A stretch of DNA of 63,462 nt, counting the filler, from Octopus bimaculoides (taxonomy: Eukaryota): NCBI RefSeq assembly GCF_001194135.2. It is 8 parts of 7 records of this genome, joined end to end, with 100 filler letters (N's around TTAATTAATTAA, not from the genome) between each part and the next. Parts side by side here need not be neighbours in the genome. Positions count along the whole stretch, not along the records: positions 1 to 25,084 come from NC_068993.1; 7 more parts are not named here. One strand, given 5' to 3'. The number at the start of each line of letters is the position of its first letter. Within the stretch, counting starts at the first letter, position 1. Shown here piece after piece: positions 1 to 12,395 of this stretch. Both the position numbers and the translations under genes were made by a program. The notes under the pieces were generated by a model. That model saw only the letters and a list, made by a program, of their open reading frames with translations, did no database searches and was not told where the DNA came from.

Positions 1-4
1 ATAT

Positions 5-47
<43 letters not shown>

Positions 48-1179
48 TGTAATGTATCCCTAAACGAGAGATGACACCTCTCATTAAACAAAAACAACAA
101 AACGAATAAATTTAATTGTAGTAATAATCTCTTCCAACAGCATGTTAGATTGCAATATATAAAAGAGGGGAAACTTATCATTGTTGACCGGTTATAGTAT
201 TCCGTATTAATGATTCTCAATAGGTCCACACTTTCATGAATTGTTTCAAACTTTGACAGCATCTCCTAAGTAGCTAACAGCTTTAATGATAGCTATAAAC
301 GTTTTACATCTACTATTTGTTGAATAAATTGGCAGAACTTAATGCTAAATCTTCCTAATAGTTTCACACCTCTGCAAATTACACTTGCAGCTCGATAGTG
401 TGAAGAGATAACAGTTCATTACGATTTGATGAATATATAATACAGCGTGATACAGTGGAAATACAAGATTAGATACTGTGCTATATAATTCGCTACCTTT
501 ATTTCTCCTGAAATGAAACCCCATCGAGTTGAAGTTTGTCTATGATGTAATATGCTCGATCCATCATACTTCTTCTCCACTTCGAAGGTTGTTGGAAATT
601 TTTATTCAAGAGAAAGATATGAATATTCTCTGAGTTGATAAATTTTGCAGAAACGTGTGTGTGTAATAATATTAAATTTGTACTATGCCGTCTAAAGCCC
701 GTTCACTGTATTTGGATATCTGATGTCATCAACAGAATAGATATAAGCGAGACTGGATTTACTTCAGGAATTCCTTCGTGTTCGTAGAATTTATAACATA
801 TGAGAGGAAAGGAAAGAAAATGGAATTCACAAGATTCTCTGTTATTCACTACGGTCCTTTCGACCCATCGTGCGTCGGTCCAACGAGGAACATATATATA
901 ACTACATTATTGAATATTATTTTTCCAAGAAAATTGGTGACAATCACTTAGTTTCGGCTTCCTAACTTTTACTGGTTTTCGAAACTTCGAAGTCACTATT
1001 ACCACTCTCCTTATAAAAGTATAATAGATATGTACTCTACAAAGATGTATCAAGTAATCCATCGATTTAATGAAAAATTCTACCTTTTATTATTATAAAT
1101 CCACATAAGGCGATGAATGTGCAGAATCGTTAGCACGCCGGAGAAGGTAGGTATAAACACCATCATTTTCCTGGCTCAA

Positions 1180-2343
1180 AATAACGCCGCGCCATGTTCT
1201 GTGTGATACGAAGCTGTGGTTTGGTGATTCTTGCAAAGGCTGCTAAAACAGCGTCCTTCAACTGTTAGGTATTCTGATATCGCTCTTGTGAAACTCTCTC
1301 CTTGATAACACACCGCAGAGCGTTGTCGCAAGATGTGAGGTCTGGACTTCTGGGAGGTCAATCGAGAGGTTCTGGTAGTTGTTGTGATCCTCACCCCATC
1401 CACCTTTCCCGAAAAATGTTTGATGGCAAAGAAGGCACATTGGTAACTGACAGTTCTGAGGAGAGAAAATAAACTCAAACGATAAAGAATCTCTACTGTA
1501 CTGTCGACAAATTTTCTTGACTGGAGGCATCAGTAAATGAATATGTGAAATCGAATTTCTACAGACGGCGTCAGAAAGGCAGTATGGTATTTCCAAAGAG
1601 AAGAAGTCAATAGAGCCGAGTCAGATGACACGTTTTTACTGGAGCAAATGTGGATCTAGTTCGTTTGGTTGCCAGCATTTCAAAAATTAAAGTTTATCGA
1701 AAATTTTAGAATTTGCACATTAATGTATTTTTCCAAGCTAAATTGCTGGAGTTATTCAACTTTTCCAGAAAAGTGTTTTTAAAAAGTTATAGAGGTTTAA
1801 AGTTTTATCATTTTCACCCAGTCAAGAAACACGATTTCAAAGCTGTCATTTTGTGCCTGACTGCACCACAGAATTACGCACGACATATAACTCCTAATAA
1901 CTTTTCTATTTTTCGGAGTTTTCAGAAAATGTTTGTGAATTTGAATTCTATACGCGGGACTTCATATGATTATGCAAAAACAACGTTTGTAGTAGAGTGT
2001 GATTTAAGGCGTAGGCCTATTTGGCTGCCATTTTTATCACGCATGAAAACCATCTCAATGAGTGCGACAAAAATATTCGATTGATAAACAAGTCCGCTTT
2101 TTTAATACAAAGGGACGTCTCATGCGAGTAGTTAAATCTATAAAAGTGCATCCTTATTCTGGGCATCCCTAGATATCAGTAAATGCAGGCTTAATTTCTA
2201 AAAATTCATTATCATCCACAAAATGTTCATATCGCCCACCAAAATCTCAAATCACTCACCATTTTCTCGAAATTCACCCATCGCCCACCTGTAAGTTGAA
2301 ATCGGCCACCGGTGGGCGATATCGCTCACTTTGGGAAGCTATG
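1180..2343 (-). mobile_element. hAT (Buster/Charlie-like) DNA transposon, internally deleted, one end only
   Basis: Minus-strand translation MPPVKKICRQYSRDSLSFEFIFSPQNCQLPMCLLC resembles the Buster BED-finger N-terminus; RCFSSLCKNHQTTASYHTE resembles the core RLFxxLC...LLxHTEVRW motif. Terminus reads CATAGCTTCCCAAAGTG on the minus strand from 2343, with subterminal (A)TCGCCCACC repeats (2231, 2281, inverted 2311). Flank CTATAGAT fits the nnnTAnnn Buster target. Confidence 0.75.
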
Positions 2344-2787
2344 CTATAGATGGTTCTTTTGCAACTTTAAATGAAGTATCGCATTCACTGTAGTACCAGC
2401 ATATTTTAATACGCCTAATTCACTGAGTGTAAGAGCAATATGGCCGAGTGTTTAAGAAGTTTTCTTTACAATAATGACCTCCCTGTGGCATCTTGAGAAA
2501 GTACTGTTATCTACAGCTTCTGATCGACCCATATTTCTGAGTGAAATTTACTAGAATAAAACGGAGTAGAAGCCAGCCAAATAGATTGTACGTGCAATTC
2601 AAAGATGCATATTTATCACACTGCGTCACGCCGATTCCATGGCTCTGTGGTACACATATCTGGTGAATACTAAGTCACTTGTTTCCTAATTCAATTGAAA
2701 CTGGTCGGTTATTTGATCGAACTACTGAACACACGTGATCGGGATTTTTGATCGAGATTCATTTTATTATATTATTAATTCAGCAAC

Positions 2788-3001
2788 AAGGCGGTGAGCT
2801 GGCAGAAACATTAGCACACCGGACGTAATGCTTAGCGCTATTTCGTCTGTCTTTACGTTCTGAGTTCAAATTCCGCTGAGGTCGACTTTCTCTTTCAACC
2901 TTTCGGAGTCGATAAATTAAGAACCAGTTGCGTACTGGGGTCGGTCAAATCGACTAGCCTCCTCCCCCAAAATTTCGAGTCTTGTGCCAAGAGTAGAAAA
3001 G
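2788..3001 (+). mobile_element. tRNA-derived SINE (family A), full length with 17-bp target-site duplication
   Basis: A-box-like TGGCAGAAACATTAG and B-box-like GAGTTCAAATTCC; exact flanking repeat ATTATTAATTCAGCAAC at 2771-2787 and 3002-3018; many related copies in the window. Confidence 0.9.
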
Positions 3002-3021
3002 ATTATTAATTCAGCAACCTA

Positions 3022-3570
3022 ATGCGGGCGAGCTGGCAGAATCGTTAACACGCTGGACACGCTTATTGTTCTGATTCCAAAATCCGCCATGGTTGGCTTC
3101 GTCTGTCATCGTTTCAGAGTCAATGAAATATGTATCAATTGAGCACTGGAATCGATAACGGCCTTTCGTCCGTCTTTACCCTCTGAGTTCAAATCTTGTC
3201 GAGGTCAACTTTAATTTTCATCCAACGGGGTTGGTAAAATAAAGTATTTATCTAGTACTGGGGGCAACGTAATTGACTCGTCCTTGTCCCACAAAATGAC
3301 CGAAAATTGACTTTGCTTTTCACTACCCGGGGTTGATGATATAAGTACTAGTTGAGCACTGGGGATCGATTGTGCATGCAATAAAATGAATTATTAATTC
3401 TCGGAATAAGGTGGCGAGTTGGCAGAATCCTTTGCGTGTCGGACAAAATGCTTAGCAGGATTTCTTCTAACTCATTAGGTTCTGAGTTTAAATTATGTCG
3501 TGCTCGATTTTGCTTTTCAGCTAATCACACCTGCTAAAATTTCACGCTTGTGCCTATTTTAGAAACATTG
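3022..3570 (+). mobile_element. Cluster of degenerate family A SINE copies
   Basis: Repeated GGCGAGCTGGCAGAATC heads (3026, 3412) and GAGTT(C/T)AAAT and AGCACTGG internal blocks. Confidence 0.75.
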
Positions 3571-3599
3571 TTTCGCTGGCCAAATTACCGTGGACAACA

Positions 3600-3958
3600 C
3601 GCATACCTGCCTTCCCATAAATCTTATCAGAATTTGTAATCTTTGTTATGTATCAAGTCAACAAATACGCTGGCAGACAGGAATCCACTCCTTGCGCAGT
3701 TAAAAAGATGAAAGCTTACCTGGTATCACGTCACAACTCCCTGTCCCAACTCATTTTTAAGACAGTTGAGTGAGGACGAATGAGAGGCAGAAAGAGAAAA
3801 TCCTGGTTTGATAACATCAAGGAGTGGGCAGATCACAACACAGCGAACCTTCTACGCATAGCAGAGAATACAGACCCAGTGGCGATGGATGACTATGAAA
3901 GTATCTAGAGTGGAACCCCAACTAGCTGCATCAGTTAAGGGATCTTGATTGATTGACT
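3600..3958 (+). mobile_element. RTE-clade LINE 3' end (degraded)
   Basis: Broken translation QVNKYAGRQES...KLTWY...TVE*GRMRGRKRKSWFDNIKEW...LLRIAEN matches the RTE ORF C-terminus; ends in a (GATT)n-like tail. Confidence 0.75.
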
Positions 3959-4298
3959 GCTGTGATGGCATATAAGAAAGAATCACTTTTTCCCCCNNNN
4001 NNNNNNNNNNNNNNNNNNNNNNNNNNNNNNNNNNNNNNNNNNNNNNNNNNNNNNNNNNNNNNNNNNNNNNNNNNNNNNNNNNNNNNNNNNNNNNNNNNNN
4101 NNNNNNNNNNNNNNNNNNNNNNNNNNNNNNNNNNNNNNNNNNNNNNNNNNNNNNNNNNNNNNNNNNNNNNNNNNNNNNNNNNNNNNNNNNNNNNNNNNNN
4201 NNNNNNNNNNNNNNNNNNNNNNNNNNNNNNNNNNNNNNNNNNNNNNNNNNNATATATATATATATATATATATACGTATACGTATATGCATAAATATA

Positions 4299-4472
4299 TC
4301 GTATTTCATGGCATATAAAATGCGCTTGTTTTCAAAAAAAAGTTCTCAAATACTCACCCCAGCTCGTATTTACAAATATGAGCCTCTCATAAGCTTTAAT
4401 GTATTAAAATCGTCCTTTTCTGAATAAATGCCGTTAAAATTGGGGTGCATCTGATATACCCATCAAATACAG
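4299..4472. mobile_element. Tc1/mariner-pogo-type MITE, about 174 bp
   Basis: Degenerate TIRs (left TA|TCGTATTTCATGGCATATAAAATGCG; right reverse complement TA|CTGTATTTGATGGGTATATCAGATGCA), both flanked by TA. Confidence 0.5.
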
Positions 4473-5133
4473 TAGTAATATCACTAGAAGGAATTCTTAG
4501 GTTGGGAATTAAATTTGAAATATGATTTGAGAAATGTCACAACTTCTAGTGAATGGTACTCGTGACTTCAACACGATTTCTTCACATCCTTCATTTTTAA
4601 AATTTCTTATTTATATTCATTTATTTATGTATTACTGTTTGTGTTATTTGTCTCTCTAATATGGTTCTTATTTTTTCTATAATTCAAGTGGGTGCTTTTA
4701 GTTCTGAAATCGTAGACTGTAGTAGTGGGGAAGTGGTGGTACTATATTATCTTTAACTCTCAAACTTTACTTTTTGAGTTTCACTCCATATTCTTCCTGT
4801 ATTTACTTAGAAAATATATTGTTTGTACAATTTTATCAGATTTAACACACAAAAACAAACAAAAAAATACAATATAACAAAGAGTCCAAAGTGGATTTTC
4901 TTTTAACTGTCATATCTGTGTGAAGTGGGGAATCTCTTTAAATATTGGGTAACAATAGATTTACATTAGTGTATGCTTAAACATCTATGTTTCCTGGTAA
5001 CTTTCTTTCATCAGTAGGAGATGAAGAAAACAGAATAGAATTGGAAATAAAATGTAGATAATTCCTAAATTCTCAATTTAGAAAAGACGGTATTTTTTTT
5101 TGTTTGTTTCTTTATGGCGTATATATTTATTTC

Positions 5134-5161
5134 TTTATTATTATTATCATTATTATTATTA

Positions 5162-5213
<52 letters not shown>

Positions 5214-5290
5214 CATCATCATCATTATCATCATCGTCGTTGTCGTTGTTGTTGTTGTTGTTGTTGTTGCTGCTGCTGCTGTTATTATTT
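5134..5290. repeat. Compound trinucleotide microsatellite (ATT)n(ATC)n(GTC)(GTT)n(GCT)n
   Basis: Read directly from the sequence. Confidence 0.95.
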
Positions 5291-5903
5291 GCACTAACGG
5301 TAGAGAAATATAAAGATGGTAAAATGGAGATAAACATAAGTAAAACACAGAAAAAATATGAACGAATAAGATAAAATGTTTATATGCTTATTTCTAGTTA
5401 TAAAGAATGTTCTTTCTAGTTTGGTTTGTTTTGTTTCGTTTTGTGTTTGTTTGTTTGTTTTTTGTTTTTTTTTCTGTATTCTCATTGTTAAAAATATCCA
5501 TTGTAAATTGAGAGAAAAAAGAAATTATTTACAGTTTACTTGAAATGTTGTTTTTGTTGTTTTGTTATTTTGTTCTTCTGCCTCTTGATGGAAGGAAGTT
5601 ATCTGGAAATATTGATGTCTCCTGATATCAATACGCTGTGAATATGAATATGAATATGANNNNNNNNNNNNNNNNNNNNNNNNNNNNNNNNNNNNNNNNN
5701 NNNNNNNNNNNNNNNNNNNNNNNNNNNNNNNNNNNNNNNNNNNNNNNNNNNNNNNNNNNNNNNNNNNNNNNNNNNNNTATATATATTTATATATGTATAT
5801 ATATGTATGTATGTAGATAGATAAATAGATATGAATATACATATATGAATACATATATATATATATATACATATATTATACATATATATATATAATATAT
5901 ATG

Positions 5904-5940
<37 letters not shown>

Positions 5941-6964
5941 GCATGTATCTGTATATTTGTATATGTATGTGTATGAGTGCATACGCATCTATGCATATAT
6001 ATATGTGTGTGTGTATATATGTGTGTATGAACGTATGTATGCATGCGTGCATGCATACATGGATGGATGGATGGATGGCTGTGTGTATGTATATATGAAA
6101 ACGTTGATGTCTCCTGGTGTCAATGCGCTATGAAGCTAAAAGTGAATACACGTATATATGTATGTGTGCATTTATATGTGTATGTATGTGTATGTATATG
6201 TATATGCATATGTATATGTACATATACATACATAAAGACCAACACATATACAAACACACAAACACACACACATATATGGATGTATTCGGATATATAAATA
6301 TATATACAGTAAATGCATTATGCTATATGCTGTGTCGGGTGATGTATAACTAACAACGGTTGATTTCCTTTTCATTTACTTTTTGTTTGTTGGAGCTTAA
6401 TTTCTCCACACCGTACCGGACCATTTATAAAATGTATATAGAACTGAAGTTATCCTAGTCCTGGGGATATCTGCATATCACTGAGTAATGGAACATCGGA
6501 CTAGAGGTACACTGCACCCGAGGAAATTCCAAGGAAAAAAAATACTAAATTGCAATATTCCAGTTGCTGATCACGTACTTCCATTAACGTAGATTTTTAA
6601 CCGGCAGAACAATCTTAACAGCTAGACTAAACATGTTTTCATACACAGCAGATATAGATATAGAAATAACTGTTCTTTTGTTCACTTTATTATCTTCTAT
6701 CATCAACTCCACCACCACCACCTTCGCTACTTTGATTCTAACACTTTATATAATCTTCTCTACAGATATCACGTCCAAACGCCAAAAATCTGCCATCTTC
6801 CCATTCCATTCCATTACTGCAAACATTAAATGCTGTAGTTTTCAAACCGACGTTTCAAAAATTACCAGCACTATTCCAATTCCATATCTGAATTAAGATG
6901 ATTAATTATACCATTTTTATCATAATCATTATAAAGCTATTACATGCTACCTTCTGTAAGCAAG

Positions 6965-7395
6965 CATATTGTCTTCAGTTTTGGTAATAACAAGTCTCCT
7001 CAAACCTCAAGGATATTCCTTAGCATTCTTCCAGAGCACAAGATGGTACTTTAACAATTCGACAATGCATGTTGTAATTCGATGCATGTTGTAATTTGTG
7101 CATTTACAAAGTCATGTGATAGGAAAAAAGAGGAAGAAAGACAGAGAGAAAAAGGAAAGCAGAAAAAATTGAAAAACGAAAACAAAGAAAATAAAGGGGG
7201 AAAAGGAGAGACTCTTTTCAATACGTGTGACGAACCAGTTAAGACAACCTTTTGCACTTCCTGCATGGATGGTAAGCTAAGAATCATCCTCAAATAATTT
7301 TCAGTCTCTTTTTTTTTTATCATTTCCAGTGCCCCTATAATCACTGGTATTGTAACCGTCTTGAAATTCCACATCTTATCGATTTCAATCAGCAA
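6965..7395 (-). mobile_element. R4/Dong-type (RLE) non-LTR retrotransposon 3' end
   Basis: EIDKMWNFKTVTIPVIIGALEMIKK...MQEVQKVVLTGSSHVLKRV is the C-terminus of the restriction-like endonuclease domain; homologous to the copies at 17.8 kb and 39.3 kb. Confidence 0.8.
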
Positions 7396-7639
7396 GTCTT
7401 AGGCAATACTGGGGAGGCTGAATGGATCGACTCTGAGTATGATTTTTTAAGCAGGAGAAAAGAAATTGAAAGAGGGCACTTTCCCATGCTTTAAGGATGG
7501 CAGAGTAAATCTGGGATTTTGCGTGGGGTTTTCCCCGAATTACGCTAAGTGGACTGCCCCGTTATTGGGGAGTCTAACCATTTACTTATTAATTCTTTTT
7601 TTCTCTCATTTCCATTTATCTATCCTTTGTTATATATTT

Positions 7640-7760
7640 TAATGTGGTAGTGTCTCCCTTCGATCGATGTAAACCCTACCTGTTTTGTGTGTTGTAACTC
7701 ATGTTTTGTCCTCCATGTCTTGGGCCCTTGTGGCCAATAAAAGAAATCATTATTATTATT
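7640..7760 (+). mobile_element. 5'-truncated 3' end of an L1-Tx1-type LINE
   Basis: CCCTTGTGGCCAATAAAAGAA (7725-7745) plus (ATT)n tail is identical to the terminus of the Tx1 element at 28956-28976 (minus strand). Confidence 0.65.
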
Positions 7761-7821
7761 ATTGTTACTGTTGTTGTTGTTGTTGTTACCATCATCTTCA
7801 TCGTCATCATCATCATCATCA

Positions 7822-7858
<37 letters not shown>

Positions 7859-7944
7859 TATTATTATCATCATCATCAATCATCATCATCAATCATCATC
7901 ATCAATCATCATCATCAATCATCATCATCATTATTATTATTATT

Positions 7945-7982
<38 letters not shown>
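7747..7982. repeat. Compound (ATT)/(GTT)/(ATC)n microsatellite
   Basis: Read directly from the sequence. Confidence 0.95.
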
Positions 7983-9141
7983 TGTAGTTTGTGCTGTGGT
8001 GGTAAATTACTACCTGCGTCAATCTAGGACCTGGAACAACACTGACCTAGCCTGATATAACATATGTGTACATTAAAAATACGGGGTGTAATTGAATCGT
8101 AGCAAGGGGTGTGGTGAAAAGTCTTAGCAAAGGAAGATGGACGATAGTAGAAAAAAAAATTAGAGAAACACTGACGTAACCTTGCCAGCTGTATAGAGCT
8201 GCACGGACATTGCCTTGATGCATCCTATCCTCGTTTATCACGGATATTTGATTCACCAAGAAAAACACAGTGTTAAATTAAACAGTGAGAAACGAATAAT
8301 AGAACATTTATGGAAAAATTGGTTTCGTTCTATGACCCCAAGTTTTCCCCCCTAACTTGCCCAAATAAGATCTCCAAATAATATCTAGATACACATGATA
8401 TTGTTTCATATTTGGAATAATATTTGAAATAGAATTTCATAATATTTAAACAGTTAATAACAATGTATAGTGCACTTTTGCGATCCAAGGAAAAACTTTG
8501 ACTGATCACCTACTCGCGTTATTACAAATCAATTTGTGATAAGCGTCACTTAGTTCACAATTGAACGTAGCGTGTTTTACTGGATCAGTGATGAATGAAT
8601 CGCCGATAAACAGAGATAGATATACTGCATACCACCACTAACAGACAATCATCAGAGTTAGGTTGTCGTTATACTACGAATAATCACTATCTTGACAAGT
8701 AAAATATTTCTTGGGTTTCTAAAACGTACACAAATTTCTAAATTAGGTTTGATATTGTTATTTGTATGTATTTCGTTTCGATCTGTCATTGTTCTTCTTC
8801 AGCAGTTATTCTCTTTAATTAACCTTTACTCACGTCTATCATCAATTACTTTACAGCGTTCAATAAAATTGCAGAATGTTTTAATCATCATTCTTCGTAA
8901 AGCTTCTTACAATCCAATATTTTCTATAGACATTTGTTAAACATCACGTGTTTTACACGAAACAATAGCATTCTCTTTTTTATGATTCTTTCTATTTATT
9001 AAATATTGCACTCGAGCTCATCAATATTCCTGATTGCTATAAATTTTCTGCAATGATTTTCTAATAAATTTTATATGTTATCAACTAACACATTTTTAGA
9101 AAAAACTTCATAAACAATGTTGGTTTATATCTTGGTAATAT

Positions 9142-9345
9142 GCAATTACTTTGAGTCACTGGACAGCAGCCACGCTGTGGTATGCTTTAAGTGTTTCGTC
9201 GAACAATTCGATTCCAGTATTCATTCTTTAAGTCTACTACTTATTCTGTTTAATACTTTTGCCGAGTCACTAAGTTACGGAGACGTAAATCAAAACAACA
9301 CTAGTTGACAAGCAATGTGAGGACAAACATAGATACGCAGGCACA
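9142..9345 (-). mobile_element. CORE-type SINE (family B), degenerate 3' half
   Basis: TTTTGCCGAGTCACTAAGTTACGGAGACGTAAA block is shared with copies at 26.1, 37.2, 54.0 and 62.7 kb. Confidence 0.75.
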
Positions 9346-9545
9346 CATAAATATATACATACATATATACATACACTCACACACTCACACACACACGCAC
9401 ACACACACATACACATATATTAAAATTTTACAGGAAAAGGTTGTCAGTCACTTCAAAGTTCAGTTAACATGTACTCTACCAAAAAGTACTGAGTCATCTG
9501 TAAGTTTAATGTTGAGCTGTTTTTATAAAAATAGTGATGAGGTTA

Positions 9546-10450
9546 TCACTATCCTCACCGCCCTTGCCAGAGCACGTTCCGTGGACCGAGCATCTGCTCT
9601 CTCCCCTGGCATCTGCCCCGCTGTCACCCGTCTCCCGTTTCCCCTCACCTACCAACCCTCCACCCTGCCCCTCCAACGCACCATTCGCCGAGCCTTCCAG
9701 CGAATCCAGTCTGACCTCTCCACTTCGCACATCTTCCCTAACCGACCCCTGCCCTCCCTCAAACGAGCCCACAACCTACGTGACCTCCTGGTCCACAGTT
9801 TCTTCCTTAACCCAACCTCCCAACCTGGCTCGTTCTCCTGCCCCCGCCCACGCTGCTGCACTTCCCCTTACCTCTCCAACACCATCCTCACCGGCACCTA
9901 TCATCGACCTTATCATACCACTGACTCATTCACCTGCACTTCTAGCAACGTCATATACTGTATCTCCTGCTCTCTCTGTCCTTCTCTGTACATCGGTCAA
10001 ACGGGATGCCATTTGGCTGACCGGTTCGCGGAACACCTCCGAGACATCAGACTCGGCAACAACACCCCGGTCTCGCGTCATTTCCGTTCTACCGGTCACT
10101 CTTTACAACACCTGTCTGTGTTCGGATTGTCCTTGCACAGAGGTCATCCAGACTCCCGTCTCCGTTGTGAACATGATATATCTACTCTCTTCGCTCCTTT
10201 TCACCCTATGGGCTCAACTCTCCTCCCCTCTTCATCGAACGCCCTCCTCTCCTCTCTTCCTCTCACACCTATTTCCTCCCTTCATTCCCACCCACCTCTC
10301 TTCTCTCTTGCTCTGACACCTACTTCCTCTCTTCCCACCTACAAACCTTCTCCCTTCCACACTCTCCCTTCATCGGCACCCCCTCCATCGTTACTCCACC
10401 TCAACACATTCCCACCCCACCATCTCTATACATTCCATCTCACCTCACCC
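9546..10450 (+). mobile_element. Penelope-like element (Neptune-type) fragment: Cys-rich linker plus GIY-YIG endonuclease
   Basis: KRAHNLRDLLVHS; CPRPRC; FTCTSSNVIYCISCSLC...YIGQT...LADRFAEHLRDIR...PVSRHF; after a frameshift, LRSFSPYGLN, the typical PLE terminal motif; followed by a pyrimidine-rich tail. Confidence 0.92.
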
Positions 10451-10854
10451 CATCCCACACATTCCACTCCCACATACTCCACCCCCACCCTCACCTATAT
10501 ATATATGTACATATTCACGCAGAAATGATTGCTTATTACCAAAGCATATTATGCCAAAAGAGTTTATGATGTCTCTCTAAAAAGATGTTAGTTGATAACG
10601 TATAAGATTTGTAAGAAAATCACTTCAGAAATTGTATAGAAATCAGGAATATTGATGAGCTAGAGTGCAATATTTTATAAATAGAAAGATTATTAAAGTA
10701 CTGTTGTTTCGTTGGAAACATGTGATTTTTTGCATGAAGCGAATTATTTACCTCATAACCATGCTGGCGCCGTGATATATATATGAAAAGAAGAAGGTTC
10801 ATGCAAAATGTGGATTGTGGGCAACAAAAGATGGATAAAATCAGGAAACGAAAC

Positions 10855-12395
10855 GAAAGAAAACATATCTTACCATGGCACCTGTAACAAAACACGTGTC
10901 ACTAAAGAATATTACAGCCGAATGAAGGAAATTTGGACCTCAGAATTCTCTACATTCAATAAAACAGTGACCCACAATGTGTTTGCAGTACCAATACTCA
11001 TATCAACATTTAGGCTGCTTGATCGGACGCTTGATGAGATCGGAGCCATTGATGTGAAAACCCGAAAAATGCTAACATGCACACATAATTTCCACATAAA
11101 CAGTGACGTAGACCGCCTCTACCTAAAACGAAAACAAGGTAGCAGAGGCTTAACACCGATCCAAACTGCCTTTGACTGTTGTATCATAGCCTTCGACAAC
11201 ATCTTTTAATTACTAAGTGTCGAAGTGCATCCCTTGACCAGGTCTGCATACATGAGGCTGATAACATCATAAGGCTTGGAAGGCAGCTCCTTGAGTAGCA
11301 TTCCTTGTCTGATAACCTTAAATACAAGTTCAAAGAAATCGCACGTCTCTGCCGCAACATATCATCAGATGAAAGGATGAGCATCTATGAGCAGAAGACC
11401 ATGCATGGATATACTAGTCGAAAGCTCCGAGGTGATAGTAACATTGATCATCAAAGCGGTCTATTATGGACCAGCAACCAGGTTACAACCTCTCACTTTG
11501 AATGGTATGCGCTTGCAATCCAAGAACAGGAAATATCAACCAAATACCTGATGCACAAAAGGGATAGAGATGCAGTAAAATCAGTAAAATATGACAACCG
11601 ATGCAGACTTTGTAGAGTTAACACCGAAGACATCACCCACATCATAAGCAGTTGTCCGAAAATGTCATCACGATATTATCTACCGATGAGACATGATGTT
11701 GTAGCTAGGACACTCTATAATGAGAACTGTCGAAAGGATAACCCCGGTGACAAAGAAATAAAAACCTACAGTACGTGGAAACCATAACCACTTGTAATAA
11801 AATAAAAAGAACTGCTGGTGGAATGTCCCAGTGAAAACTTCAATTAAATGTAAACATAATAGACCTGATATAATCATTTGGGATAGACAAGAGAAACTGT
11901 ACAGTTGTCGAAATTAGCTGCCCAGCAGATGTTAACATAAAGCTGAATACTAGTTAAAACGAGAATACCTACGGTGAACTATCGAGAAATCTGCAGTTAC
12001 TCTATCAAGACTACAAGTTCAGGTTTATATCTGTAATTATTGGGGCACTGGGATATGTAACACACTGCCTAAATACCAATCGTGAGAAATTAGGCTTCTC
12101 AAAACCAGAAAGGAGATAGCTGATTCGAAGACTACAGATTCACGCTACCACTGGAACTGTAAAAATCTGTAAAACTTTCCAGAAGTTTATCATTCAAGTA
12201 TATATGAGCATGTCTAGATGTGTAACTATATGCATGAGAATACATACAAAAAATAAAACATACAAATCGGCAGATGCACAAACATACAAAAATACCCTGT
12301 TGATTTTGTTGAAATTCCAATGAAAGAGCCTTGGATCTAGGTTAGAAACTGATTCTTTCTCTATTGGCAAAAAAATCTTGAAATAAAACTGAATA
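10855..12395 (+). mobile_element. R4/Dong-related RLE LINE, 5'-truncated and degraded
   Basis: KEYYSRMKEIW...DVKTRKML...SDVDRLYLKRKQGSRGL thumb region; CCHC knuckle CRLCRVNTEDITHIISSC; RHD; HNRPDIIIWD...VEISCPAD endonuclease; 3' UTR ends near 12395. Confidence 0.88.

Noticed and set aside
4983-5020. CUGAUGA...GAAAC on the minus strand
   Set aside because: Intervening bases do not form stem II and flanks do not form stem I.
9305-10528. 407-aa ORF as a host gene
   Set aside because: It is a read-through of SINE tail, (CA)n, Penelope endonuclease and pyrimidine tail; only about 9550-10170 is meaningful.
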